Part shown: positions 11,700 through 25,715 of the stretch, in pieces
Position numbering within the stretch: the stretch's first letter is position 1
Layout of the letters: each line of letters starts with the position of its first letter
Origin: Azolla caroliniana
Lineage: Eukaryota > Plantae > Polypodiophyta
Length of the DNA: 64,000 nt
NCBI GenBank assembly: GCA_043228905.1
Contig: JBHGNT010000003.1
Coordinates: 8,494,001-8,558,000 of the forward strand
Reading direction: 5' to 3'
Position numbers and translations under genes: made by a program
Notes under the pieces: generated by a model
Seen by the model: only the letters and a program-made list of their open reading frames with translations
Told to the model about the DNA's origin: nothing
Databases searched by the model: none

Positions 11700-12346
11700 T
11701 ACTAGTTCTTTGTGAGGGCGACATGTTCGCTGACGTTCGTTCGTGTTCCAGTTCTCGGTGAGGGCCGCATGGTCGTGCACTCCCGTTCGTGTTCCAGTTC
11801 CCGATGTGGGCCAAATGGTCACTCACCGGTTTGTGTTCCAGTTCCCGGTGAGGGCCGCATGGTCACTCATTCGTTCAAGTTCTAGTTCCAGGTGAGGGCC
11901 AAATGGTCGCTGACCCGTTCGTGTTCCAATTCCCGGTGAGAACTGCATATGATCGCTCACATCTGTGGATATTTTAGTCTTCGAGAGCACCACACATCGT
12001 CGCTCACACCCATTCATGTTCGAGTTCCCAGTGAGGGCCGCATGATTGCTCACTCTTTCATGTTCCAATTCTCGGTGAGGGCCGCATGGTCGCTCACTCC
12101 CGTTCAAGTTCTAGTTCCCGATGAGGGCCGCATGGTCGCTCATGCCCGTTCATGTTCCCAATGAGGACTGCATATGGTCGCTCACGTCTGTCGATATTCT
12201 AGTGTTCGGGAGAACCACACATCGTCTCTCACCTCGTTCGTGTTCGAGTTCCCGGTGAGGGCCGCATGGTCGCTCACTCGTTCCTGTTCTAGTTCTCGGT
12301 GAGGGCCGCATGGTCACTCACTCCCGTTCAAGTTCCAGTTCCCGGT
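11700..12346. repeat. ~42-bp GC-rich minisatellite with higher-order structure
   Basis: Unit GTTCCAGTTCCCGGTGAGGGCCGCATGGTCGCTCACTCCCGTTC, about a dozen copies; a longer variant unit occurs twice (~11937 and ~12162). Confidence 0.9.
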
Positions 12347-12561
12347 ACTATTAATTTTGGGAGCCATCATTATCTATCGTTTTGGTAAGAGTTAGGAATG
12401 AGAGTGTGACTATATCCTTGTGGCAAGAAGGAAGGCAAAGGGAGGGAAGGTGTAGGTGATAGGTATGAATGCCGCCCCCCCTCTTTCCACACATGTTGTT
12501 CAACTTCACATTATAAACCCCTACTATCCTACAACATACAAGTCCATCCCATCTATAATAA

Positions 12562-12567
<6 letters not shown>

Positions 12568-12597
<30 letters not shown>

Positions 12598-12657
12598 TGT
12601 ATGTATGTATGTATGTATGTATGTATGTATGTATGTATGTATGTATGTATGTATGTA
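12568..12657. repeat. (TATG)n microsatellite
   Basis: Perfect tetranucleotide run. Confidence 0.95.
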
Positions 12658-13699
12658 TACATTTATAATATGTACATGAATGTAATGTGACATTGCCTCT
12701 TACCATAATAATATATAATCGTTTTGGGGTGTTTTCTATGATAATCACCTACAGCAACGAATGGAAATTTGCAAGCACAGTAGGAATAGGAGTAGAGTAG
12801 TAAAGATAAGTCAGTCCTAATAAATTCACATCTATTAGGATTGACTTACCACATAATGCCATACTATAACGAATGTATCCATTCTTAATAATCCTCAAGT
12901 TGACGATCAATCTCATCTTCTTTGGATTGACTAAGTCAATACAAACGAATAGAAATAGGTGTCACACCATGTATAAGATCAAGATAATGGTCAACATTAT
13001 GTGGCGTAGGAAGCAATTGTATAGAAAAAATATCAAAACTCTTACAAGGGTACCAAACAATCTTTGGTTCGAGAGAACTAGAATGTTTGAGAGAAGATGT
13101 GCAAAAAGATTTTGAAATAGATGACTTATAACATATTGAATAAAGGAGTACCAAAGTCAAAGAAGAATTATACTAAAGATCACTTGATAAGTTCATGAAC
13201 GGAAACAAAACATTTAGTTTCAATGTGGTGAGCAAGTTACGTAGATGTTCGGTATAAACCTCCAGAAATTGAGATTGGACAAAGGTGGACAAAGAATGAC
13301 CTTTTGCTCTTAATGCATTGCTCGAGCTTATGGCATTACTCTAAAATTTGACCCTTCTTTTCTAAATGCACATGGAAGACTAAATTGCTTAGAGTAGTTT
13401 AGAAGAATTCATTGGGTATCTTGTGTTTCCCAATGAATTGTTAGTAATTAGAAATATAAATTAGGGGTTATTACGATCTTTCCTCGAAGAATGTTTCTAA
13501 TGAAGTAAAATTTCAACTTCGTCTTTGAGGTTTTCTAAGATCCTTATCGTGCACAAGGCAATTATAGTCTAAGTGTGTGCAATGTAGTAAACAAACAATT
13601 TTGGAACTATTGAAATCGGGATGGAATTTGAAAATGAGACTCACATCTAACAAAACCTAGTGCTAAAAGCGTCTTCGGTTCTTCCTTCTTATCTCCCAT

Positions 13700-13910
13700 A
13701 TAAGGCTTCAAGGCCTTGGACATTTCATCAAGCGATCTTCCTACTAAGTGAATGTCATTCAGATATGAATCAAGTCAAACTCAAGAGTTCAACTTGATGT
13801 TTGAAATGTAGAAAATGTAAGCAAGGTGAAATATATGACATAGCTAAGTATATGTGAATATGTCATAACAAGAATAGCAATACAGGTGCTAGCTTGTGCC
13901 ATCGCCAATT
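13700..13910 (-). pseudogene. Possible highly decayed non-LTR reverse-transcriptase remnant
   Basis: Minus strand reads ..KLAPVLLFL.. and then DSYLNDIHLVG, resembling QGDPLxP and YLDD motifs; interrupted by stops. Confidence 0.3.
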
Positions 13911-14054
13911 AGGAGAATCTCAAAACCAAGTCATTAATGTGAGCCATTGTGACATGTTTACACATAAGTTGGCAAATTTTAAGCAATCATTCTGATAGAA
14001 AACACAATGTTTGAACTACGTTCAACAAACAATATTCGAGAAATTATCTCACAT

Positions 14055-14325
14055 TGATACCCCATTAGACATATGAGATTAGTTTTGAGAATCAGGGTAT
14101 TGTGGTAACACTAAAGTGTTTTTAAAACCATAGGGTTGACATAAAAATGCCTTCACGTGATCTCTATTTCGAATTTTTATGGTGGTTTCCCGAGGCTCAA
14201 CCATGTTGTCTACCTAGAGGCATTGTTCGCACACACAATTTCATGAATGAAATGCAATCATTATGTCCACAAAAGTGGTTTTGCCTCTTTAATTCCCCTA
14301 TCGGGACCCCGAATCGCACGTTGAT
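14055..14325 (+). repeat. Dispersed repeat, copy 2 (see 7960-8240)
   Basis: Same conserved blocks in the same orientation. Confidence 0.7.
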
Positions 14326-14759
14326 GTAGTGTAATGATATATGCATATATTTCCCAAGAAATACCTATTGAAAATAGCATTAGAGTGTATTATTATTGTA
14401 TGGTATTTGTCACATATTAACTACACATCATGATGTATTCATTCTCTCTTTAGATTTGCAATATGGCGATCTAAGAACCCCTAAGTATGTAAATGAACAA
14501 GATAAGCCAAATGCTTGTTCCCATATTTGACCATGGTGTAAGACCATCTAATTGTAACCTTGAATTCCAACCAAGAACATTATGAAACATGTTCAGAAAA
14601 GTTGAGTTTTCCACCACAATGGACATGTAAAATAAACTAGCCAAATTTGAATAAGTTGTCGCCTGATCATGTGAATTGGACAACTACTTTGAATCACAGC
14701 TGCCAAGTGCAAAATATGGTTGCCCTAGATAGAAAACGTTTCATCTTTCCCAAAAATGA

Positions 14760-16900
14760 CCAAAGAACATTGCGATGATCGCATACAGAACAAACCACCC
14801 GACGACCCCCCTAACAACCCCTCTTTAAGACATTGCACACTTGCAATGAAAAGTTAGGAAAGTTAGTTTTAATCATGTTTTCTCGTTCCCATGTAGCATC
14901 TTTTATAGATTTATCCATCCATTTAATTTTAAATTCTCAAATTGTTTTAGAACGCAAATGTTTTGTTTTAACATCAAGAATTTTCTTTAGTACATGTGGT
15001 TTAGAAACCAAATCTTCAAACGTAACTAGAGTTTTAGTTGTAACTGTATTGTCACCAAAACCAAGAAGTTCTTTTAAATGACTTACATGAAAAACTGGAT
15101 GGATTTCGACACCATCAAGAAGAGCGAGACGATAGGTTGATGAACCAATGCGTTTGAGGACTGTAAAAGGTCCACAAAACTATAGGGCTAACTTAGCACA
15201 TTTACCTATAGACAATGTCTTAGAATTGTGAGGTGCGCATAGAAATACATTAGATATCCAAGTTTGAGTACATGAGGTTGCCTATGATGGTCGGCACAAA
15301 AACACGCTCTATCTTTATTTGTTTTTATATTATCTCATGCAATATGCAACATGTCTTGCATATCCCTTAGAAATTTTTGCGTACTTTACAACTCATCATG
15401 ATGTATATTAACATTAATTCGGGCTCGAGGTTGAAAATCAAACATCAACATAAAAGGACTATATCCCGTCGATATATGTTTGGAGCTATTATAAGCAAAA
15501 TGGAAAATTGGGAGATAATGTTCCCATTTTGTTGGCTTCTTAGCAACGTATTCTCAAAGCATGTCCTCAATAATTTGATTTACCCATTCTGTCTGTCCAT
15601 TGGATTGAGGATGGTCCGTGGAGCTCATGCTCAATGTAGTTTTCAACTTCTTAAAGACTTGCGTCCAAAAGTCGCTAGTGAACTTTGGATCTAAAACAAA
15701 ATAACTCATCAACGAATTAGCAAACCAATTCAAGAGTTGTTACTATGGTTTTAGTAGCAATAAATCTGGCCATGTTAGTTAATCTATCAACCACAACCCA
15801 GATGGCATCATGGACATTTTGAATACGAGGAAGGCTAACAATAAAATCCATGGATATACTTTCCCACTTATTTTTGGGAATTTCCAAGGGATATACTTTA
15901 AGTCACTCAGCTTTGTTAACCTAACATTGGTAACATTTAGTCACATAGTTATGTATGTCAAGACGCATCTTAGGCCAATAGAATTTAGTAGAGATTAAAA
16001 CGAGTTTGTGATGTATTCCAGGTTACCTTGTTGAGGGTACATCATGGCCAAAAAAAGGAATTCTTTTTTTTTTACCTCAAGCAAATCTAGAACATAGACC
16101 TTCCCATTACCATAGAGCAAATCGTCAGCAATGTAGAAGGATTCCTTTGAGGGTGTGGGTGGTTTGTTCCATCCTCAACTCTTGCCCATTATTTTCCAAA
16201 ATAATTGTCATCGGGATACTTTCCTTGAAGGTGATCATAAAGATCTTATGTTATTTGAGTGAAGCTACGCATGTTAAGTTCACAGATGCGACTAAGTGCA
16301 TCAGCGAAAGTGGTCATGGAAACTTTATAATATCGTATGGAAAAATTGAAGTCTTGGATGAGATCTGCCCATCGTCCCTTACAACCCTTAAGGTCTTGTT
16401 AGTCACAAAAATATTTCAATGACTTGTGGTCCATAGTTACCACAAAACGATTTCCATAAAGATAATGGCACCATGACTTTAGTGCATGGATAACTGTGAA
16501 TAATTCCTTTTCTTGAACGGAATACCGACTTTGAGCATAATCAAGTTTCTTACTCACAAATTCTATTGATTTTCCATCTTGATATAGGACAACACCTATA
16601 GCATAATCATTGGCACCGATTTCAACTTGAAAAGAACTTGAAGGATCTGGTAAAAGAAGTGAAGGAGCCTTGTACACTTGGTCCTTTAGTACCTTAAAGG
16701 CGAGGTCTAGTGTAACATTTTATACTATAGGTTTTATAGACTTATGTGTTTGACCTTTAATAAGATCAATAAACGATGTCGTCAATTGGTAGTAATTGCG
16801 AAGAGATTTTTGCAAAAACCCGACAAAACCAAGGAATGATCAAACTCGAAGAGTGGGCCAAAGTTTGACTATCTATTTGAAACTCAGGTCATAAGATAGT
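14760..16900 (-). mobile_element. Degenerate chromoviral Ty3/gypsy pol (RT end, RNase H, integrase, chromodomain) with PPT and start of the 3' LTR
   Basis: FLGFVG; DYAIGVVL..EKELF; IWVVVDRLT; HPQSNGQTE; FCGPFTVLKRIG; chromodomain FKIKWMDKSIKDATWEREN; PPT AAAGAGGGG followed by TGTTAGGG at 14816. Confidence 0.9.
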
Positions 16901-19099
16901 AATATTGTTTATAGCTCCATATCCATACACTCCTTTAAGATAGATTACTTTATGAGAAACATATCATTGCAAACTTACAAATGTCATTATTTAACAGTAA
17001 CGATAATTGTATAATAAGGAGGTTTTCAAATGGGCTCTTTGAAATATATTAGTCTTTAAACTTTTCTTTCCTTTGATATAGAGGGTGACAAGGACTACAA
17101 AGTTTTATTAGTGTTTTCTACATTATCTCTTCCTATGCCATCTTAATATTGTCGATATATTATTCTTTCCTTCTCTTTGTCTATTCTCAATCTTTTGTCC
17201 TTCCAACATTTGTTTGACATTGTCTCCTCCCTAATGATTCGAATTTTATTGAACGTTGCCATATTCTTTTTGGGAGTGTTTGATCGTAGCGATGGACTTC
17301 TTATAGAGGAAATCTTATGTTCTTGCACCCGTTCGTTACACGTATCATTTAAAGGTTAAATGAAGACCATATTTATGATTGTAAAGTACATGCTAGGACC
17401 ATCATTACTAGAAGATTACTAATGAAGTTTCATTCAATAAAAATAACTAATTGTTGCATCCTCCTTTACCTCGAGCGTCTTTAATTATCACCAAAATGTA
17501 TGTAGTCTCAATTTTCTTGATGTTTCCAATAATGGCAGATGACATAATATCCCACGGTATATTTAATGGGGTGCTTTATGCCTAGTGGAATATTATGCCT
17601 AGTTATTAGTTGTATTGTATGTAGTCACTGTCGAGTAGCATGGGGAAAAGAGGCTCTAGGTATAGAGTAAAATGTAGGAAAGCTTTATATATAGTATGAT
17701 TTGTATGGATGCAAAGGTGGAAACACAAATCTTAATGTTGACATGCAGAGGGTTTTTAGAAAAATAAAAAAAATAAAAAATTGGGCAAATGATTGAGGAC
17801 ACATTATTTTCCTTTGGCATATGTCTTCGGTTGTGTCAACCTTAATTTGCCATTCCATTTACTGCAATTCCATCAAATATTCTGTTTTTATATCTAGGTA
17901 AAACACGATGCACATATGAGTCCGAAGTTTTCGTAGCTCTAGACCCCGAATATATATGTTTTTCGGGTTATGTTGACTCTTCAATATGTGTTTCGATACT
18001 TTTGTTATCATACATATATTAGGGTTACGTGTAATATTGCTAAAAGTTAGGATTCTATTGATCAGAGTAGAATCAACAGTAATGTGTATGAAGATGGGCT
18101 CATTTTAGTTTATTATGTGACATATGCTTGGTTTCATGATGTCAATATTCAATTCTTCATGATATCACAAATCGATTTATCGATAGCGGCATGATTCCTA
18201 CAAATTGCCAAGTCCTTACAAAACACAATTTCACAATAACACCTAATGTTAAGCCTATATTTTGACATATAGGAAGGTTTGTTTTTATTGCAACTTTTCT
18301 TCCGAATAGAAAGCAATGCTATAATACTATATAACATATATTCAACATAAAATATATTTATTGAAGTGTTCATGATCATGATTTTGAAACATCTTAGACC
18401 ATGTACTTTTGATATAAATGGAGAAACTCATTTCCAAATAAAATTTGAAAACTCTAAAAAGGAAGTAGAAATCAATACGAACATATGCAATCATGATCAC
18501 GTCCCACTCTAAATTCTCATTGTTAACATGTTTGCATGTTTTTTATGGCATTGTCACCCTAGTATACCTACTTAGGAGAATAAATTCAATGAAATTTTTT
18601 CTTTTCGTGTATACTTATTCTATCGTAGCATATCGTTATATATCTATACAATTGTTTTCACATAATATATTTAACTTCTATCTCATAATTGGTGATGCTA
18701 AGAAGTTATTATCTTCCCCATGTTTTCCCGTATTATTGCTAATAATCTAATCCAGACATATTATAGACAAGGTTTGAGTGTTAATTCTAGTTTAACTCAA
18801 TTAATCCATTGATCTAGAATCTCATCGTTTGGTCAAACACATTTTCCTCTCTAGGCGAGTTGTGGTATTTGTATCCTTTTGATCATCTCATCACTTGCAA
18901 ACCCACAAACACATATTAATGCCTTCATGAACAATTTTTGGTACAACTGACCTATAGAACCAAAAGCAAAACATTTCTTCAAGCAACATGTGTGTGTGTG
19001 CATGAGTAATGGCAATCAAAGTGTGAAATTGGGGAAAGGACTTAAGGGGAGGCTTGCATATACATTGTTGATACTCCAGTTATTACGACCCTTGTGAAA

Positions 19100-19386
19100 A
19101 TTAGCCAAGGTCATAGGCATGTGTAACCCTAGCCTTGTGTTAGTGTATGTATATAGGTAGCTACTTTTGTTGTGTAGTTGAGTACTATCGGGTTTTTGAT
19201 ACTTTTGTTGTCTAGTCATATCAACTTGAGATGGAGTCTCGACTCTCGCAATGAATTGGGCATTTGAGTCCTGACCAAAAAGCATCTTAGAATATGAGTA
19301 CACTTCCAAAAATTTGTGACCAGTATTCCATGTCTACTACATTTTACATTCATACCCTCACAATAGAGAAAAAGTTGAACAAGGTC
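19100..19386 (+). repeat. Old direct repeat, copy 1 (copy 2 at 22800-23093)
   Basis: Shared CATGTGTAACC, AGTGTATGTATATA, ACTTGAG.TGGAGTCT.GACTCTCG, TGAGTACACTTCCA, TACATTTTACATT and AAGTTGAACAAGGT. Confidence 0.75.
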
Positions 19387-22300
19387 AAATTTGATCAGTG
19401 GAATTTGTTGTCCTCAAAATGAGAAAATAATTTAATGAGTTAGGTTTTATGAAAATTGTTATACGATTAAATCAAATAAAACATTGAATGGTCACATCTC
19501 ATGATTTTGAATGACCTTGTGGTCCTAAAAACTTCACAATATCACCAACTTTACTTTGCCTTGATTCTTTGTTTGTCTCACCCTCAATATTCTCTATCTC
19601 TATCTCTTCGACTTCTGCATGATATAACCATTCCTCTCAATTCAAGATGATGTGAATGTTTCTCAAGGGCCATAGACAAATATATGTCGTACTAATACTT
19701 CCAGATATATTAAGATGCATGTCATATACAAAAAAACATTTTTACATAATGTCAATCACGTAATTAGTTAAATATGCAATTGTAACATGAAGATAGTTAG
19801 CAACATCATCTTGTTTAGCATAACAAGGCAACAACCTTGATCAACCAAGGATATATGATCCATATCCATCTTCATGTGAACATCAACGAGTTTATCTTAA
19901 TTTTAGCCACGCTAGTTAAGCTAATCATGATGTTATGGACCAAGTTCAACATCTTAACAAATGTAGGCGAAATGTACATTGGCTTACCTTTCCAATTTTA
20001 AAAGTAGGAGCATAATGTTGACACTTTCTGAACATGTTTAAAAATTTAAAGAGATCAAATGTAATAATAATGTAAATACTCGTGACAAAAAACAGAATCC
20101 ATTTAAGACGATGTCGATTGTAATTCACATCACAACAATGTCGAGAGATGATAAGGCACATATATTAATTTATATGTTGATACAGAAAATAAAATTAACA
20201 CATTGTAAGCAACTTTAATCATAATTGGAACAGATGTCCCCATGGCATAAGGGAATGGTTGGAACATTGGTTGCATTAATGAACTTCTCGATTGGACGTA
20301 ATTGACCTCTGCTTTGCCATGGTACTATAAGTAGTAATTACCAATCACACATGTTGAATGCCATCATTGGGATGGAATTTACTTGTATGGAATATTGCAA
20401 CACAATTAACGAATCAAACATTAATTGTGCTTATTAAGCACCCTCGAACATTGTTTAGCAAGACGAGCCCTTGCAGTCATCTTACATTATAGAATAAGTG
20501 TCCAAATTATACTTGTGGTGACAAAGAGAGTGGAAATTTTCGTCATCATTATGTTAAAGAGCAGACATTTGTAGGGCCCACATAGAAGGTTTGGAAAGAA
20601 AAACAAGAGAGAGCAGATCAACATGCGAGAAAATTAGAGAGCAATAATTCGAAAGCCATGTCCATGGGGATAGAAGCACTAAGGACGCAACTCTCTGATT
20701 CTCTATTTGGGCACGTGTAATCTATACACTCTTCGACAAAAATATGTGCATTGGGATTCCGCTTCTTGGGGATAGGGTAAAACCTATTAGTATTTTCAAG
20801 CAATTTTTCGGAAGCATTGGCACTGGACACAGAGGAGAGTACAAGAGCTACTTGTCCAGCTGCAAATCGTTGTCGCCTTCATCCGTCCATCCGTCCGCAT
20901 GTCGAGGGCGAGTTAAAGTGTGAAACGAGCGATGAACCAGGCACCATGTTCACACAGATGAAATTTAAGCAAAAAAACACAATCCCACGTGTCCTTATCA
21001 TCATCACGTGCTTGTCCTATTGGCACCATGTTCATAATCATTGGATCGTACTATTGGTACGGTCATGGAAAGGCCCGACTATCATTGTCTCTCTCTCTCT
21101 CTCTGCTTATACACTCTTTCACTCAAAGCTTCTTCTTCTTCAGTTTATCTTCATGAAAAGGCTCATTAATATTCCATTACATTCCATGCCTCCTGATCCT
21201 CAACCATCCCATGACATACATACACACATACATACATACATAACATACATACATTCATGAGGCCTTCCTTGACTGCTCTGCTCTCATTGCCCTGCTCTTT
21301 GATGAGTCCCTTAACACCAATTGCTCCATAATACATATTCATCTGATTCACCAACACGCACTATATGTATATATATACATATATAGATATTAGATAGATA
21401 GATAGATAGATATAGATATAGATATAGGTAGATATAAATTTGTAGATGCATTGAGTCTCCCGGATCCAACATCATTTTTCAGCACTAGTACTCCGCACAA
21501 TCGACCCGCACACCAATCATCGCTATCGATATGCTTTCCCGAAATTCCGAATTCATTCAGTCGTAATTATTTACTCGAGACATTATTGTTCGAAATTCCT
21601 TGTTGAATCACTCCTTTGTCATCTTTGCCCGTACCGATGTGTGATCCCGAAGATCCGATTTCTGTTTCATATTTCTCTAGGGCAGTTTTTATTTGATTCT
21701 AAAAACACCCATTATTGCAATTCCTTTCTCATGGATGGGATATGATATATATATATATATATATATATTGAAGTATGAGTGTCCACTCATGTTTTTTCAA
21801 TCTCCTATTAGTGATTACAATTAGCTCTAGGGTTTAATCTCCAATGAAATTTGCAAATCTTAGTTACAATATATATACACGGAGCAAATCTCGATCCTTT
21901 CATAATCATACTTTCTAGCAATGATATGAACGAATATATAAATGCAATCCAATCTCCTTACAAACTACATTTAAAATTAACTAGCCACGCGCAAAAAAAT
22001 ATTTACCGCATCAAGATGTATGTTTTTTTATCATAATCTGAAGTAATTTGAGTCTTATACCCAGTAATTTGTTATGCTCTTAGAGCATATATGCTTAGAT
22101 TTCAACATAATTATAGTAATTAAGACCAATTTAATACTCTACATGAGACCAATTTCTTTAAGAAACACACATGAAAAATTAGTTCTAGAAGAATGAGAAG
22201 AAAAAAAAGAGTAGTATCAGAAACCTAATATGCATATTTTCATAAAATGAAAACTAGTTACTTGACATTCATAGATTGCTTGTAGATGCATGCATATCCA

Positions 22301-22799
22301 AGCCCATTCTCAAGTATCATATTGGTATTCAACTGATCCATATTTGCACATGTCATTGATCCCTTTGCTCAAATGTTGCTATGATATTATTATTAATAAT
22401 CTTGTTTACAAAGTAGATCATGAAGATTAAGTGTAATTCATAGAAGATTTACATAACATAATAAGCTAACAAAATATACATAATGTAAGCACAATATGTA
22501 ACTTATTAGATAGATTTGATAGATTTGATTGAATATGACCTATGTGACCAAAGATAAAACACTTTCACGTACTTGTAGTTGTAAGTGTGTGTGTGGGGGG
22601 GTGAGGTGCTCATCACTCATGAGTAGTGACAAATTGATTGTGTCGAATTGAAAGGAGGACTTGAGGGAGGTTTGTTTATTCTTGGTACTCATCTAGGTAT
22701 GAATATAGTTCGAACAAAAGTTATTATTACGAGTCACGACCCTTTTTTGTGAATATCCTCGTGGAATAGTATGTCATATGCCTATGGGAATAAAGAATA

Positions 22800-23093
22800 A
22801 TTAGCAAGCGTCACACACATGTGTAACCAAGCGTTGGGTCAGGGTCAGTGTATGTATATATGTACTTGAATGTGTGGTTGAGTGCTCTTGGGGTTTTGAC
22901 ACTTCTTTACCCCGCATTGTCCTAGTTGTACCATCATTTCGACTTGAGGTGGAGTCTTGACTCTCGTGATGAGTTAGGCCTTTAAACATTTGAGAGCTTG
23001 AGTACACTTCCAGAAATCCCCATCATGTACTACTACTACATGTCTAGTACATTTTACATTTTGGATCAAAATAAAGCAAAGTTGAACAAGGTT
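22800..23093 (+). repeat. Old direct repeat, copy 2
   Basis: Same colinear motifs as 19100-19386. Confidence 0.75.
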
Positions 23094-24188
23094 GTGTTAC
23101 GTAACTTGCATTTTCTCTCATCAAAAGGAGTAAAACATTTTGTGGTTTAGGTTCTCTATCATTTATTTATTCACAATACTCTGATATTTTATGAAAGAGC
23201 TTGAGTATGGTTTAAAATTTATACCGTGAAAGAAGTCTAGAATGTTTAAGAATTTGTATTTTAGGAGAATTAGGGCTTAATTGAGGTAGAAATTAAGTAA
23301 AATTTACCTTTTATATGGGACTTATTATTGGATAAACATATTTTATATTCTTTTAAATGTAGTGCTCTTTGACACTAATGTAGCAAAAGTAAAAAACTTA
23401 ATCGTGAATTTAGCCATCATTACCTCCACACATCAATCTTCATCATTGATGCGATTGATATTGTGGAATGCCAACTACAACCATTTGACATGTATAAATA
23501 ATGCATTTCAAGTTGGGCATTTGATGTTTTGGTGGTTGTAAGGATGACTAACTTGGGATGTAATAAGGTGGATGACTTTTTACAACTAGGTCCAATACTC
23601 AATAAACTAGGTGACATTACATAATGGTGGAAACTTGTGTTTTTTTGTTCTCTTTTCTGCCTTTAGAAAGGTGAGATTTCTAGATTCAACCTATGCCTAT
23701 TAATGTTTATGAAAAACTTCAATCGATATGGATATAGTTGGCCATGGGTTTCATAGTAATGGGTTAGCTCCGATCCCAAATCTAGGGTTCTTTGGATTCA
23801 CTCAAAATGCATCTTGCCTACTAGAACCCCCAACTTATCAAGAAAATATATTGATACAACCAAATCCACACTCCTATGATTCAACAAAAGTATACAAGCC
23901 CTCTATATTTTCAAAATTTCAAGCATGTCTATTCAATTTACTTATGTTATGTTTCCAAAATTATGAACCACTTCTATTCTAAGGCCTACCTAAATAATCA
24001 TTGTCATAATTAACTACATCTTTTTCGTATATAATTTATGTGGATTTAATCTCACGAATAGAGAGCACACCCTTTGCTTGCATAATTTATAAGATATGTT
24101 AAAATGATCCATTACCTATGTAAATAATGTGTAACAAAAACACTAAATCAAACAATTTCATGAAGAGCTTAGGTAGTATAGGTACATG

Positions 24189-24430
24189 CATAGTACGTAA
24201 AATTCGTGTTCGTCTAGCATAACATTCGTTTTCCTACGTTGGAAAACGAATACGAATGTTATTCAAACATTCTTGAGTTTTTTTTTTGTTTTTTTCCATT
24301 TTTAGGTTTATTTACCTCATAATAAATAGTTAATCCAAAAGTATGGTATTTACCATTCTTTGATGGTGTTTACCATACTTGAATGATTGAAACATTCGCG
24401 CATGCGAATGCACGTATAGTTCATACTATG
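24189..24430. mobile_element. Small hAT-type MITE (~242 bp)
   Basis: TIR CATAGTA..TACTATG; flanks GGTACATG / G(C)GTACATG (8-bp TSD with one inserted base); internal CATTCG/CGAATG hairpins. Confidence 0.7.
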
Positions 24431-25504
24431 GCGTACATGTAATTAAAAGTTAATAATCATGCAAGTCTTATTGAATGTTTTCGATATCATTTGGTAGTCC
24501 CATGGTAAAGAAGCAAAATTTCACACAAACACACACTAATAGAGTTACTTACACTTTACACATTTGTAGTTTTCATTAGCCTTGGCATCTAAGTATTGAA
24601 TTTATAATTCATGCATGTGATCACATTTATGTCATAAAAAGGAACCGTGAAATAAGTTGGTTGGATATCTGCTTCAAAGGTTTACAATAATCATATAATC
24701 ATTATTGTGTCCATTATATTGGAAGGGGTGGCTAATCATACCTCAAAGTTATTCCATGTGAACCTACAAGAAAAAATCTATTATCATGAGGGAAAACCCC
24801 AATGGGTCCTTTTAGGCCCCCAAATGATCATATTCATTGTGTAAGTGTTGAAGATGAGAACTACGTGATCATGCAACCTTGAACATCCTAGTGGTTTGCA
24901 ATGCATGCAAAATCATATATGGTGTTATTTGTTAGAAGGTTGAATTTATACACCTTTCACATTTTAATACCATGTTAGACATGCCCTTTACACATTTTTG
25001 GAAAGGAATTGTCATTGTGGCCATTTTAGTACATATTTCAATCGGTACCTTGGGCTCATGGATATGACCTCGAACAAATTGAGCTATGACCTTAACCATC
25101 CATTAGTAATTGTATTCCCTTAAATAAGCAGATAAAATGTTGTATACCTAGGAAATTGGTATTGATCCATTGTATGATTTTTTGTAAAAGTAATGAGAAG
25201 ACATTATGTAATGAAAAAATTATGTGGCTAACATAAAGAATCAAAATTGATAGGAATGTGGATTGTGTTTATCTTAAGCACCATGAGCTTAATACACGTC
25301 GAACCACATGGACATTGAAACTAAAATACATTTACCCCACCATACGACCACTCCAGACATTGACAATGATCGAAGAAATTAACTTTGTCGCAGTCTAAAT
25401 TGTCTTTATTGAGCAACATGTTACCATGGATATTTAGGAGTTTCTTGTAGGGATGCTCAAAGTCTATCAAAATAATGCAACTTGGTGCATGGGAACTCTT
25501 AAAT

Positions 25505-25715
25505 CTGTTTGGATGCGAATTCTTATGCATTGATTTTTATATTGAAAGGAAAAGAGAAGACTAATTATGTACTACGAAACTCTTACATGTGTTTGGATGT
25601 GATTTCTTATGCAATGATTTTTATATTGAAAGGAAAAGTGGAGAGTAATTATGTACTCCAAAACTCTTACATGTGTTCGGATGTGATTTCTTATGCAATG
25701 ATATCGAAAGGAAAA
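25505..25715. repeat. ~83-bp tandem repeat, ~2.5 copies
   Basis: GGATG.GA.TTCTTATGCA.TGAT..TTGAAAGGAAAA..TAATTATGTACT..AAACTCTTACATG repeated. Confidence 0.85.

Noticed and set aside
11626-12164. Repeat-protein ORFs (ELEHER / DHAALTG)
   Set aside because: Frame changes between units and no coherent start; by-product of the minisatellite
21250-21330. Conserved miRNA precursor
   Set aside because: Only vague resemblance to miR164/miR319 and no complementary arm found
21450-21700. Organellar insertion (CpG-retaining patch)
   Set aside because: No recognisable plastid or mitochondrial gene motif; needs a BLAST search
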